The notes under the pieces are model-generated. The model was not told where the DNA came from. It made no database searches and saw nothing but the letters and a program-made list of their open reading frames with translations. From an uncultured Pseudomonadota bacterium (GTDB taxonomy: Bacteria > Pseudomonadota > Alphaproteobacteria > JACZXZ01), in NCBI GenBank assembly GCA_963749075.1, contig CAVVLJ010000016.1, forward strand, positions 288,001 through 352,000: 64,000 nucleotides of DNA, read 5' to 3'. Numbering within the stretch: the first letter of the stretch is position 1; each line of letters opens with the position of its first letter. Of the stretch, positions 10,736 to 21,246 are shown one piece after another. Both the position numbers and the translations under genes were made by a program.

Positions 10736-12445
10736 ATGCTTCAAGCCGTGATTGACACCGATGTGCTGGTCGTTGGAGCAGGCGCCGCCGGACTGACGAC
10801 AGCCATAACGGCACGGCTGCACGGGCTGGATGTAGTCGTGGCGGAAAAGGAGGCGGTTTTCGGAGGTACGACGGCCTGGTCCGGTGGCGTGTTGTGGGTG
10901 CCATGCAACTCCCATCAGAAGGCCGCGGGAATCGACGATAGCGTTGACCTCGCGCGCGAGTACGTCCGCCGTGAGGCGGGTGAATTCTACGACCCTGATC
11001 GCGTAGAGGCATACCTGGTCAGCGGTCGGGAGATGATCGACTTTCTCGAGCGCGAAACCAACGTCAAGTTCGAGTTATCCGATGAGCCCGACTACCATCA
11101 GGACGTACCGGGAGCACTGGCGCGCGGCCGCGCGCTGCGCCCGCTGGATTTTGATGGACGTGGATTAGGGCGGCATTATTCCGAGCTGCGAGCTCCGGCA
11201 CGCGAGCGCGTGCTGTTTATGGGGATGCAGATTGGCGCGGCCCATCTCGGGCATTTCATGAAGGCAACAAAGTCGCTGAACTCTTTTTTTTTCGTGACAC
11301 GGCGCATCCTGTCCCACCTTCGAGACGTTCTCATCCACGGTCGCAACATAACGTCGGCAATGGGGAGGGCCCTGGCCGGACGCCTGGCCAAATCCGCTTT
11401 CGACCTTGGCATTCCTATCCTCCTCTCCGCGCCGGTTCGGCATCTCGTCGTCGAGGATGGCAAAGTGGTCGGGGCTTTGCTGCAAGAGAACGGCCAAGAG
11501 AAGCGCGTCAACGCACGCCGCGGCGTCGTGCTCGCCGCTGGCGGGTTTTCTCACGATTACGTTCGCCGGAAACTGGTATTTCCTCACCACCCTTCAGAAC
11601 ATGAGCATCTCTCTAACACGCCGCCTTCCAACACAGGCGACGGAGTACGATTAGGCGAATCTGCCGGGGGCGCATTTGAGGGCCGCTACCTCAATTCCGC
11701 TACTTGGTATCCGACCTCGCGGGTCAAATATCCTGACGGCAGCGAAGGCAACAATGCCCATCTGCTAGAGCGAGGCAAGCCGGGGGTCATCGCCGTCACC
11801 CAGAACGGCCGGCGCTTTGCGGACGAAGCCGCGAACTACCACGATTTCGTGCAGGCGATGTTCCGGGCTTGTCAGTCGCATGGAGAGGTCGCGGCGTATT
11901 ATATCTGCGACCATCGCGCGTTGCGACGCTACGGGCTGGGGGCCGCAAGACCTTGGCCACTGCCTTATCGCCGCTATCTTCGCACCGGCTACCTCAAGCG
12001 TGGTCGCACGATCGAAGAACTCGCGCGGGAGGCACGGATCAGTGAGGGGGGGCTCATTCGAACACTCTCCAATTACAATTATAATGCGCGGCAGGGCCGC
12101 GACCCGGAGTTCGGCAAGGGTGAGAACGGATACGACATCAGCCAGGGCGATCCCACGCACAAGCCCAATCCTTGCATAGCACCGCTTGAAATCCCGCCCT
12201 TCTATGCGGTGAAGATCCTACCCGGCGATTTGGGCACTCTCGCGGGCCTGTGGACGGATCGACATGGCCGCGTGCTGAATGGCGAAGGACAGATAATTCC
12301 GAATCTATATGCCGTAGGGAATGACCAGGCGAGCGTATTTGGCGGCGCATATCCAGGCGGCGGCGCTACGCTCGGTCCGGCGATGATATTCGGCTACTTG
12401 GCGGCTCGACACATTGCCGAGACGACATATCGTACCGATAGATAA
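10736..12445 (+). CDS. FAD-dependent oxidoreductase (3-ketosteroid dehydrogenase-like)
   Basis: GGTTAWSGG, LAAGGF, LYAVGN, YPGGGATLGPAMIFG. Confidence 0.88.
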   Translation: MLQAVIDTDVLVVGAGAAGLTTAITARLHGLDVVVAEKEAVFGGTTAWSGGVLWVPCNSHQKAAGIDDSVDLAREYVRREAGEFYDPDRVEAYLVSGREMIDFLERETNVKFELSDEPDYHQDVPGALARGRALRPLDFDGRGLGRHYSELRAPARERVLFMGMQIGAAHLGHFMKATKSLNSFFFVTRRILSHLRDVLIHGRNITSAMGRALAGRLAKSAFDLGIPILLSAPVRHLVVEDGKVVGALLQENGQEKRVNARRGVVLAAGGFSHDYVRRKLVFPHHPSEHEHLSNTPPSNTGDGVRLGESAGGAFEGRYLNSATWYPTSRVKYPDGSEGNNAHLLERGKPGVIAVTQNGRRFADEAANYHDFVQAMFRACQSHGEVAAYYICDHRALRRYGLGAARPWPLPYRRYLRTGYLKRGRTIEELAREARISEGGLIRTLSNYNYNARQGRDPEFGKGENGYDISQGDPTHKPNPCIAPLEIPPFYAVKILPGDLGTLAGLWTDRHGRVLNGEGQIIPNLYAVGNDQASVFGGAYPGGGATLGPAMIFGYLAARHIAETTYRTDR

Positions 12446-12573
12446 TGCGTACCGTCGGCGGCCGGCCCCGTCATCCCGCCGCGGTTTGACCGCTAATGGC
12501 GCAATCCGCTGAGACGAGCGCCTCTCAATCACTACGATAGCAGCCGAAACGTGCGAAACCATTGGAGACACAA

Positions 12574-13347
12574 ATGCCCAAACTTGACGGCAAGCTCGCG
12601 CTTATCACCGGCGGCACCAGTGGCATCGGCTTCGCGACGGCTAAGGCATTTATTGCCGAAGGCGCGCATGTCGCCATCACAGGTCGCGACGCCGGCCGGC
12701 TGGAGGTGGCGACGCAGGAACTTGGTGGGGAGACTTTTGCGCTGCGCGCTGACGTCTCGGATCTCAATCAACTTGATGAACTTTATCGGACGCTCGAAGA
12801 TCGGTTTGGGGCGCTCGATATTATCTTCGCCAATGCGGGCATCGTAAAAGAGGCCGGTCTCGACGACACGATTGAGGAAGTCTTCGATGAAATCTTTGAT
12901 ATCAATGTTAAAGGCGTGTTCTTCACGGTGCAGAAGGCGATCCCAATGCTCAGGAACGATGCCTCCGTCATCCTCAATGCGTCCATCGCGCCGAGTGTTG
13001 GTTCTCCTGGTTCCGCGGTCTATGCCGCAAGCAAAGCTGCTGTTCGCGCATTTGCGAGGAATTTTTCCGCCTCGTTGGCCCCCCGTGGCATTCGGGTCAA
13101 CGTCGTTAGCCCGGGACCGATCGCAACTCGCGTGTGGGTTCCGTCCGGAATTAAACCAGAGGATCTAAAGGCGGCGCATCAACGAGAACGGCAGAAAATA
13201 CCGCTGGGCAGATTTGGCACACCTGAGGAGGTCGCCCAGGTCGTTGTATTCCTCGCCTCGAGCGATTCCAGCTTTATGCTTGGTGCCGAGATCGTGATCG
13301 ACGGAGGCAAATCGGGACTCCCCGCAGGCGCGTCCGTATATCGTTAG
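12574..13347 (+). CDS. Short-chain dehydrogenase/reductase
   Basis: TGGTSGIG, FANAG, YAASK. Confidence 0.93.
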   Translation: MPKLDGKLALITGGTSGIGFATAKAFIAEGAHVAITGRDAGRLEVATQELGGETFALRADVSDLNQLDELYRTLEDRFGALDIIFANAGIVKEAGLDDTIEEVFDEIFDINVKGVFFTVQKAIPMLRNDASVILNASIAPSVGSPGSAVYAASKAAVRAFARNFSASLAPRGIRVNVVSPGPIATRVWVPSGIKPEDLKAAHQRERQKIPLGRFGTPEEVAQVVVFLASSDSSFMLGAEIVIDGGKSGLPAGASVYR

Positions 13348-13416
13348 AGAGCACGCTGCGAAATGCCTGCGCGGGATTCAGAGAGACGCCGGCGGAACGC
13401 TGGTCGATCGCCGAGG

Positions 13417-14100
13417 TCACGTCGCATCACCGACTAGATCCAGTATAGCCCAGGGCGAATTGCTGTTTACCGGGTCAGCAGAAGACCGCCAATGCGCTAT
13501 TGGTAATCGCCCGCCCGCGAACCCCTCATGGCCATCTGTTTCGTGCGACATCTGCGATTGCACGTTAATATCGCGGGCAACCGATTCGACATGCAGATCG
13601 AATCCCCAGAAAGCAACTGAGTACAAAACGGGCTTTTCGTACCATCTCGCGCGACGGTTGAGCAATATTCGGCGCCTCGCGCGCGTTCCTGATTGATCGT
13701 TGCGCGCTGCCGTCGCGAGTATGAGGCTGGTCAGCGATCTGCGCACGGCTGGATCCGAGATGCGAGCGAAAGGACGTACGAACTCCAATGTCTCGCGCTT
13801 GTATAGAGGATCCTTTTCTTGGCGGGTTCCTCGGCGCGTGCCACGTGGCTTGAATTCCATGCCCTCAAAGAAGAACGACACCGGTGCCTTCAAGACACTT
13901 GCGAATAGATAGAGCTTGCTCGCGCTGACGCGATTGGCGCCGTTCTCGTACTTTCGAATCTGCTGAAATGTGAGGCCAGCGACATTCCCGAGCCGGGACT
14001 GATTCACGCCCATTAAGGTTCTGCGCAACCGCAGGCGAGCACCGACATGTCGGTCAATGTCGATTTCCCCTTCGGTGCGATGTCTCCTGTGTTTCGGCAT
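13417..14100 (-). CDS. XRE/Cro-CI family HTH regulator (alphaproteobacterial type), probably with a read-through C-terminal tail
   Basis: HVGARLRLRR...TFQQIRKYENGANRVSAS; the paralogue at 38 kb stops after NDQ. Confidence 0.8.
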   Translation of the reverse strand: MPKHRRHRTEGEIDIDRHVGARLRLRRTLMGVNQSRLGNVAGLTFQQIRKYENGANRVSASKLYLFASVLKAPVSFFFEGMEFKPRGTRRGTRQEKDPLYKRETLEFVRPFARISDPAVRRSLTSLILATAARNDQSGTRARRRILLNRRARWYEKPVLYSVAFWGFDLHVESVARDINVQSQMSHETDGHEGFAGGRLPIAHWRSSADPVNSNSPWAILDLVGDAT

Positions 14101-14195
14101 GATCGCTTCCTACAAATGCACTCCGACGTGGGTCCTATTGCGCGAACATTACCCACCATCCGGCATCGCGAAGCTCAGCTCCAACTTCGGCCCCG

Positions 14196-14630
14196 TCACC
14201 TCGCCCTAGCGTTCTTCTTGCTATTCCGTATGGGACGAGGCTTTCCCAACCCATGCTGCTTCGCCAATGACGATCTCTGCACCGAATAATTCGGCGCCGT
14301 AGCCGGATACGTTCGCAGCAGCCCCCACCTCGCACGATACTCATCCAGGCTCAAGCGGTGCGCCGCTCTGACGTGGCGTTTTAGCGTTCTCAGTTTCCGA
14401 CCGCAATCGAGGCAGATCAGATAGTTCGCCCTGACCGACTTCTTGATCGGTACCATCGGCTCGGGCGTAAGCTGGTTCGCCACATCATTGTCGAGGCCCT
14501 TCAATGTCATGTGGACCTTCCGAATGAGATCGGGCAGTTCCCATGCCGATAATTGGTTTCTCCTCAAGTATGCCGCGACCACTTCTGCCGCGACGGGAAC
14601 CACGGTCGCCCGGTTTTCACGATCAGCCAT
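14196..14630 (-). CDS. mucR: MucR/Ros family zinc-finger regulator
   Basis: VVAAYL...LPDLI; IKKSV..YLICLDCG..LKRH...YRARWGL...APNYS..RS.LAK..GLG. Confidence 0.92.
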   Translation of the reverse strand: MADRENRATVVPVAAEVVAAYLRRNQLSAWELPDLIRKVHMTLKGLDNDVANQLTPEPMVPIKKSVRANYLICLDCGRKLRTLKRHVRAAHRLSLDEYRARWGLLRTYPATAPNYSVQRSSLAKQHGLGKPRPIRNSKKNARAR

Positions 14631-14999
14631 GTTTTACCTCCCTGAAAATAGCATTAAGCGGAAACGATAGGAAAAATACACAATAGAGGATCGCTGTTCA
14701 ACCAGCCAATAGGAGAGCCGCAAATCGATTGCTGTACAAATTGGGACGCGTGACGCGAATATACTCTAGTTAATTGAGCAACCATGGACCGTCTCAACCT
14801 ATTACTGACCATGGAAAGCCGCCCGTAATTTCGGCCCGATTTCGCGACCCCCTTCCTTCAATTCACCCAATCTTCGCGGATCGTGAGTCATTGCCGACGA
14901 AGCATGAACCTGCGAAAGCCGGCCCCTTGTGGATCGGCTCGGCTCAAAGCCTAAATCGGCGTCCTGTCGTGCCCCTCTCCGCAGCTCGTCAAATGGGCT

Positions 15000-15452
15000 C
15001 TAATCGCTCACGCCTGAGACCGTCAGCGGCTTTGAGCCCTCGCGCCGCATGAGCCGGCAAAGCGCGAAGAAAGCCTCGGAACCCGGCAGGAATTCGGCGA
15101 AGACGTTGGGGATGACCGGCGTCATCTTGCCCGGCGCGGTTGGTCGGCAATAGCGGTCGTAGGCCCAGTAGATCTCGCTCAGCGCCTCCGGGAAGCCGTG
15201 CCGCTCGTGCTCCCTGTAATGGGTGAACATGACATCGCCCGTCTGGATGTGGATCGTCGCATTCTCCTCTGGGAGCACGATCGCCGGATCGATATAGAGG
15301 GCGATCGAGGTCCCCGACAGCATGGCGTGGCCCGCGGGGCCCGAGAAGGGGAGCCTCTCCCACAAGGTGCGGCAGGTGACCGGTGCCGCCTCGTCGAGGA
15401 GGCGCGCCCGCGCCACCGTTCCCGCGAGATCGAACACGAAGTAGCGAGCCAT
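15000..15452 (-). CDS. DUF3830 family (cyclophilin-like fold) protein
   Basis: ARLLDEAAPVTC...LP...HAMLSG...ENAT...GDV...SEIYWAY pattern. Confidence 0.7.
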   Translation of the reverse strand: MARYFVFDLAGTVARARLLDEAAPVTCRTLWERLPFSGPAGHAMLSGTSIALYIDPAIVLPEENATIHIQTGDVMFTHYREHERHGFPEALSEIYWAYDRYCRPTAPGKMTPVIPNVFAEFLPGSEAFFALCRLMRREGSKPLTVSGVSD

Positions 15453-15519
15453 CGATGACCTCCTCGCGATTGCTCGGCCGCTGGATCGTTTGACCTTTCC
15501 CGGCTATTATTATAACAAT

Positions 15520-16287
15520 ATGATAATGAACGCAGCAAGACTCCAGGCATTGGCAGCGACGCCGCTCGTTCCGAGCAACGTGCCGCTCTACAAGCAGCTC
15601 GGCCATATCCTGCGCGAGGCCATCCTCGGCAACCGCGTCGCTGTCGGCGAGATGCTGCCGACCGAGCAGGCGCTCATCGAGCGCTACGGCGTGAGCCGCG
15701 TCACCGTGCGCCAGGCTCTCCAGGAACTCACGGCCGACGGCCTGATCCGGCGCCAGCGCCCGAAAGGCAGCGTCGTCGTGCGCAACCGGCCGCGCGCGGG
15801 TAGCGGTTGGACCTTCGAATCGCTGCAGGACGTGGTGGCGTTCGGCGAGCAGACGCGCGTGCGCATCATTTCCTTTGCGGAGAGCCCGGCGCCTGCGGAG
15901 GTCTCGCGGACCTTCGGATTTGCATATCCCGTCAAGCTGCCGCGGGTCTACGGCCTGCGCCTTCTCAAAGGCGAGCCCTTGAGTGAGTTCACGTTCTGGC
16001 TCACACCCACTGTCGCAAGCCAGCTCACGCGCGACGATCTCACCCAGCCGACCCTCTTCTCCGTGATCGAGAGCAGGCTCGGCATTCGCCTCTGCGAGGC
16101 GGACCAGACCGTGTGGTGCGAACCCGCCGGCAAGCAGCTTGCGTCGCTCCTCCGCATGCGCCGCTCGGCGCCCGTGCTGGGCATCCAGCGCGTCTACATG
16201 GCCGAGGGCCGCATGCCGGTCGAGGTGGCGGTGAGCCGCTTCCGCGGCGACCGCTACCAGCTGCACCACGCCTTGCGCAGGATGTAA
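15520..16287 (+). CDS. GntR/HutC family regulator with UTRA domain
   Basis: LPTEQAL..YGVSRVTVRQAL; C-terminal SRFRGDRY. Confidence 0.92.
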   Translation: MIMNAARLQALAATPLVPSNVPLYKQLGHILREAILGNRVAVGEMLPTEQALIERYGVSRVTVRQALQELTADGLIRRQRPKGSVVVRNRPRAGSGWTFESLQDVVAFGEQTRVRIISFAESPAPAEVSRTFGFAYPVKLPRVYGLRLLKGEPLSEFTFWLTPTVASQLTRDDLTQPTLFSVIESRLGIRLCEADQTVWCEPAGKQLASLLRMRRSAPVLGIQRVYMAEGRMPVEVAVSRFRGDRYQLHHALRRM

Positions 16288-16305
16288 GAAGGGGGCGCCC
16301 TCGCG

Positions 16306-17422
16306 ATGGCCGACGCCTTTCTTTCGATCCGCGGCCTCGAGAAGAGGTACGGGAACGTCACCGCAATCAGCGAGGTCGACCTCGACGTCCGCGCGGGCGA
16401 GCTCGTCACCCTGCTCGGCCCGAGCGGCTCTGGCAAGACCACCTTGCTGATGGCCATCGCCGGCTTTGCCGCACCCGAGCGCGGCCGGATCATGCTCGCC
16501 GGAGAGGACATCGCGCGGCTACCGCCCCAGCGCCGCGGCATCGGCGTCGTCTTCCAGCAATATGCGCTGTTCCCCCACTTGAGCGTCGCCGGCAACATCG
16601 CCTACCCGCTCGCCGTCCGCCGTGTGCCGAGGCGAGAGCGCGGCCTTGCCGTCGCCGAGGCGTTGCGGCTCGTCCGCCTTGAGGGCCTGGGCGACCGCCG
16701 TCCGCGCCAGCTCTCCGGCGGGCAGCAGCAGCGCGTGGCGCTCGCCCGCGCGCTCGTCTTCAAGCCGCCGGTCCTGCTCATGGACGAGCCGCTCGGCGCG
16801 CTCGACCGCAAGCTGCGCGCAGAGATGCAGCTCGAGATCCGCCGCATCCAGCGCTCGCTCGGGATCACCACCGTCTATGTCACCCACGACCAGGAGGAGG
16901 CGCTCACGATCTCCGACCGCATCGCGGTTGTGCACAAGGGGCGCATCGAGCAGATCGGCGCGCCCACGGAGATCTACCGGCGGCCGGCTTCCGCCTTCGT
17001 GGCCGATTTCATCGGCGAGTTCGAACCTCTTTCCCGGCCGCATGGACGAGGCTGGCGGCGGACATGCGCTGCTGCGCACGGCCGGCGATATTGCCTTCGC
17101 ACTCCCGCAGAGCGAAGCGCCGGCGGCGGGAGAGGAGATCGTGGCGGTGGTGAGGCCCGAGGATATCGCCGTCTCGCCGCAGGCGAGCGAACGCTCCCCT
17201 CACCGCGGCCGGCTCGAGCAGGTCATCTACCTGGGCTCGGTCCTCCGCCTGCAGATCGCCACCGCCTCCGGCCAGCACATCAGCGCCACGGTCAACCCGA
17301 GCCTGCTCCCCGGCCTTCCCCAAGAGGGCGGCGAGATCTGGTTCGGCTGGCGGCCGCAGGATCCCATGTTCGTGCCGTCGAGTTCCGCTGGGTTCAACCA
17401 AGGCCACGGGAGGCCATCATGA
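16306..17422 (+). CDS. PotA-like ABC ATP-binding protein; one extra base at ~17020 shifts the frame
   Basis: GPSGSGKT, LSGGQQQR, MDEPLGALD; FVADFIGE continues as SNLFPG...VRPED in another frame. Confidence 0.85.
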
Positions 17423-18459
17423 CACGCAAGCTTTCGCCGCTGCTCGCCGCTGCCGCACTCGTCCTGGCATTCGGAGCCACCGCCGCCTCTGCCGAGGAGC
17501 GCCCGCTCACCGTCGTGCATTACGGCGGAACCTTCGGCCAGGCCATGCGGACCGCGTTCTTCGATCCCGCCGAAAAGGAGATGGGCATCAAGATCGTCGA
17601 TACCTCGCGTACCGACATGGCAAAGATCAAGGCCATGGTGACGAGCGGCCATGTGGAGTGGGATGTCGCCAACGTCAACACGCTCGAGGTCGGCCGAGGC
17701 GCGCGCGAGGGCCTCTGGGAGCCCATCGACTGGTCGATGATCGATCCCAGGGTCGCCGGCCCGGTCGGCAAGCTCGAATACGGTGTCGCCTTCATCGGCT
17801 TCTCGATCGGGCTCGCCTACAGCACCAAGCAATATCCGGACGCCGCGAAGGCGCCGCAGAGCTGGGCGGATTTCTGGGACGTGAAGAAATTCCCGGGCCC
17901 GCGCGCGCTCGAGAACCGCGTGCGCTATCAGCTCGAGTTCGCCCTCCTCGCGGACGGGGTGGCGCCCGACAAGCTCTATCCGCTTGACGTTGACCGCGCC
18001 TTCCGCAAGCTCGACCAGATCAAGGCCCATATCACGACCTGGGCCAAGCCCCCCGTCCAGCCGATCGAGCTCATCGCGAGCGGCGAGGTCTATATGGATT
18101 CTGCGTTCAACAACGAGATCGCCAACGGCGAGCAGCGCGGCGTGCCGATCGCCATGCAGTTCAACCAGTCGCTCTACACGACCAACGCCTGGGTCATCCT
18201 CAAGGGCACGCCCAACAAGGCGAACGCGATGCGCTTCATCAAGACGGTAACCCAGCCCGCCTACGAGGCGCGGCTCGCGGAGCTCACCTATTTCGGGCCG
18301 CTCAATCCGGACGCCATCCCCCTCGTCAAGCCCGAGACGCGCAAGAACCTGCCGACTGAGCCGGAAAACCTCCGCAGGTCGATCCCGCTCAATAACGAAT
18401 GGTGGGCCGCGCACGAGGCGGAGCTCATCGACCGCTGGAACAAATGGCTCCTACAGTGA
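17419..18459 (+). CDS. PotD/PotF-like ABC substrate-binding protein
   Basis: Signal peptide MTRKLSPLL...ASA; SWADFWDVKKFPGPR; LYPLDVDRAF. Confidence 0.9.
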   Translation: MTRKLSPLLAAAALVLAFGATAASAEERPLTVVHYGGTFGQAMRTAFFDPAEKEMGIKIVDTSRTDMAKIKAMVTSGHVEWDVANVNTLEVGRGAREGLWEPIDWSMIDPRVAGPVGKLEYGVAFIGFSIGLAYSTKQYPDAAKAPQSWADFWDVKKFPGPRALENRVRYQLEFALLADGVAPDKLYPLDVDRAFRKLDQIKAHITTWAKPPVQPIELIASGEVYMDSAFNNEIANGEQRGVPIAMQFNQSLYTTNAWVILKGTPNKANAMRFIKTVTQPAYEARLAELTYFGPLNPDAIPLVKPETRKNLPTEPENLRRSIPLNNEWWAAHEAELIDRWNKWLLQ

Positions 18460-19304
18460 CGCTGCAGCGCTTCGGCGGGCGCCTGGGCGGCCTCGTCTGG
18501 CTCGCCCCGGCGCTCGCGGTCTTCGCCGTCTTCTATGCGATCCCGCTCGCGCGGATGATCTTCGTCGGCCTCGACGGCAGCCGCTTCGATCTCAAGAACT
18601 ACGCCTACCTCCTTCACGAGGACATTTATGCGACTGTACTGGCGATCACCTTCAAGATTGCCCTCTACGTCACGGTCAGCGCGCTCGCCGTCGGCTATCC
18701 CATCGCCTACTATCTCAGCCGCCTTCGCGGTCCGCGGCTCACCGTGGCCCTGGCCTTCGTACTGCTGCCCTTCTGGACGAGCGTGCTTGTGAGGAACTAC
18801 GCCTGGTACGCACTGCTCGCGCGCCAGGGGGTGATCAACGGGATTCTGGTCAAGCTCGGCCTGGTCGCGGCACCCCTGCCGCTCCTCTTCAACACGACCG
18901 GGGTCGTGATCGGGATGACCTACGTGCTCATCCCCTTCATGATCCTCTCGCTCTTCGCGGTCATGCGTAGCATCGATCCGCTGCACCTCCACGCCTCGGC
19001 AAGCCTCGGCGCCTCCGATCTCGAGACCTTCTGGCGCGTCTTTTTCCCCTTGAGCGTTCCGGGAGTCTGCGCCGGCTCGCTTCTCGTCTTCATCACGGCG
19101 ATCGGCTTCTTCATCACGCCGGCTCTCCTCGGAGGTGGGCGCGTCCCCATGATCGCCGTGCTCATCGAGAGCCAGGTCCGCGGCGTCCTCAACTTCGGCG
19201 TCGGTTCGGCACTCGGCACCCTTCTTCTCGCCATCGTCCTCGTCATCTACTACGCCTTCGACCGCCTGCTCGGGGTCGAGTACCTGTTCGGCGAGCAGCG
19301 CTGA
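18456..19304 (+). CDS. PotB-like ABC permease
   Basis: LPFWTSVLVRNYAW; FFITPALLGG; GTG start overlaps the upstream stop. Confidence 0.9.
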   Translation: MTLQRFGGRLGGLVWLAPALAVFAVFYAIPLARMIFVGLDGSRFDLKNYAYLLHEDIYATVLAITFKIALYVTVSALAVGYPIAYYLSRLRGPRLTVALAFVLLPFWTSVLVRNYAWYALLARQGVINGILVKLGLVAAPLPLLFNTTGVVIGMTYVLIPFMILSLFAVMRSIDPLHLHASASLGASDLETFWRVFFPLSVPGVCAGSLLVFITAIGFFITPALLGGGRVPMIAVLIESQVRGVLNFGVGSALGTLLLAIVLVIYYAFDRLLGVEYLFGEQR

Positions 19305-20083
19305 TGGACGCCCTCGGCCGCCCGTCGGCGATGCTGCGCGGAATCGCCTTCGCCGGTTTCCTCTATCTCATCCTCCCCGTGGCCATCGTCGTTCCGATGT
19401 CGCTCAGCTCCTCACGCTATCTGGCGTTCCCGCCGCCGGGCTGGTCGACGGAATGGTACGCCAAGTTCGTTCACGACCCTCTATGGATCGGGGCCATGCT
19501 CAACAGCTTCGAGCTCGGCCTCCTCGTCGCCCTCGTCTCCGGGACGCTCGGGACGCTCGCCGCCTACGGGCTGGTGCGTCGGCGGGTGCCGGCGAGGCGG
19601 GCCATCACGGCCCTCCTCCTATCGCCGATGATCGTGCCGGTCATCGTCTCGGCGATCTCGCTCTACGGCTTCTATGTCTCGTTGGGGGTTGCCGGCGGAT
19701 TCCTCGGCATCGCCGCGGCCCATGTCGTACTCGCCATGCCGCTCGTCACCATCTCCGTGGCCGCGAGCCTGCGGCACCTCGACCCGGTCATCGAGCGCGC
19801 CGCCACGAGCCTCGGGGCCGGGCCGCTCCGCGTCTTCCTCGGCGTGACCCTGCCGAACATTCTGCCGGGCGTGCTTTCGGGCGCGCTCTTCGGCTTCATC
19901 ACCTCCTTCGACGAGCTCGTGATCGCCATGTTCGTGGGCGGCCAGACGATGACGCTGCCGCGCAAGATCTGGGAGGACCTCGTCGTGCTGATCGAGCCGA
20001 CCCAGGCCGCCGCGAGTGTGGTGCTGATCGCGATCTCGCTCGTGACCCTGGCACTTTGGGCTCTGCTCCAAAGCCGCAGATAA
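19304..20083 (+). CDS. PotC-like ABC permease
   Basis: FPPPGWS..WY; ERAATSLGA; FITSFDE. Confidence 0.9.
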   Translation: MDALGRPSAMLRGIAFAGFLYLILPVAIVVPMSLSSSRYLAFPPPGWSTEWYAKFVHDPLWIGAMLNSFELGLLVALVSGTLGTLAAYGLVRRRVPARRAITALLLSPMIVPVIVSAISLYGFYVSLGVAGGFLGIAAAHVVLAMPLVTISVAASLRHLDPVIERAATSLGAGPLRVFLGVTLPNILPGVLSGALFGFITSFDELVIAMFVGGQTMTLPRKIWEDLVVLIEPTQAAASVVLIAISLVTLALWALLQSRR

Positions 20084-20119
20084 TCCCGACCCGATGGCAA
20101 GCCGCAAGGACAAGCGCCC

Positions 20120-21214
20120 ATGAGGATCACCGCCGTAACCGCCATCCCCTTCCGCGCGCCCCGCAAGAAGACCTGGCACGCGGCCTTCGGCAACGTCGCG
20201 GAGTCCGAGTATGCCATCGTCGTCATCGAGAGCGACGAGGGCTTGCGCGGGATCGGAGAGATCGCGACGGTGTGGGATCGCCGCGGCATCTCCCAGGCGG
20301 ACGACGTGAACCGCCTGCTGGCGCCGCTTCTCGTGGGCAAGGACCCGCTTCGCCTCAACGAGCACTGCATCGCCATCGACCGGGCGCTCGGCCGCGGCAG
20401 CAATCCGGCCAAGGCGGGTGTCGACATGGCGCTATACGATCTCGCCGGCAAGCTCCTCGGCGTGCCCGTCCACCAACTCCTGGGCGGCAAGCTGCGCGAC
20501 GAGATGAAGCTCAGCTTCTCCATCGGCATGGCATCCGCGGACGAGATGGCGGAGGAGGCGGTGGAGCTGGCGGCGGCGGGCTTCGAGACGCTCAAGCTCA
20601 AGGCCGGCCTCGACCATCGAGCGGACCTTGCGGCACTCGAGGCCATTCGAAAGCGGCTCGGCGACGGCGTCACGCTCCGCCTCGACATGAACGCGGGCGT
20701 CACCAGCCCGAAGGATGCCCTCCGCTTCATCCGCGACTTCGAGGGCTTCGGTCTCGAGTTCGTCGAGCAGCCGGTGAAGGCAGCCGATATCGAGGGCATG
20801 GCCTTCGTCCGTGGGCGCTCGACCCTCCCGATCATGGCGGACGAGAGCGTGTGGGACAGCCGCGACGCGCTCACCGTCGTCAAGGCCGGAGCCGCCGATC
20901 TCGCCAACATCTACATCATGGAGGCGGGCGGCTTCCGCGAGGGGCACAAGGCGTTCCACGTCTTCGAGGCGGCGGCGATGCCGACGATGCTCGGCTCGAT
21001 GCCCGAGTTCGGTATCGGGACGGCCGCCCAGCTCCATCTCGGCGCCGTGGCGCCCAATCTCCTCGAGACCAACGACCTTTGCGGCTTCCTCTACCACGAG
21101 CGCGACATCGTGAAGGCCTCGCCCGTCGTCGAGCGGGGGCGCGTCCGCGTGCCGCAAGGCCCGGGCCTCGGCGTCGAGCTCGACGAGGAGCTACTTGCGC
21201 ATTGGAAGATCTGA
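20120..21214 (+). CDS. Enolase-superfamily (muconate cycloisomerase/dipeptide epimerase-like) enzyme
   Basis: LKLKAG, LRLDMN, FVEQP, IMADES. Confidence 0.88.
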   Translation: MRITAVTAIPFRAPRKKTWHAAFGNVAESEYAIVVIESDEGLRGIGEIATVWDRRGISQADDVNRLLAPLLVGKDPLRLNEHCIAIDRALGRGSNPAKAGVDMALYDLAGKLLGVPVHQLLGGKLRDEMKLSFSIGMASADEMAEEAVELAAAGFETLKLKAGLDHRADLAALEAIRKRLGDGVTLRLDMNAGVTSPKDALRFIRDFEGFGLEFVEQPVKAADIEGMAFVRGRSTLPIMADESVWDSRDALTVVKAGAADLANIYIMEAGGFREGHKAFHVFEAAAMPTMLGSMPEFGIGTAAQLHLGAVAPNLLETNDLCGFLYHERDIVKASPVVERGRVRVPQGPGLGVELDEELLAHWKI

Positions 21215-21246
21215 CCGGGGCATCGCGTGAGACGCGGAGTTCGGTG

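Noticed and set aside
16306-18459. 717-aa ABC ATPase-SBP fusion ORF
   Set aside because: Caused by one extra base at ~17020; the middle part is out-of-frame sequence and the SBP has its own start and signal peptide at 17419
19453-21246. Long N-terminal extension of the 862-aa ORF
   Set aside because: Arg/Pro-rich off-frame shadow of the permease and enolase genes; only 21247-22041 looks real
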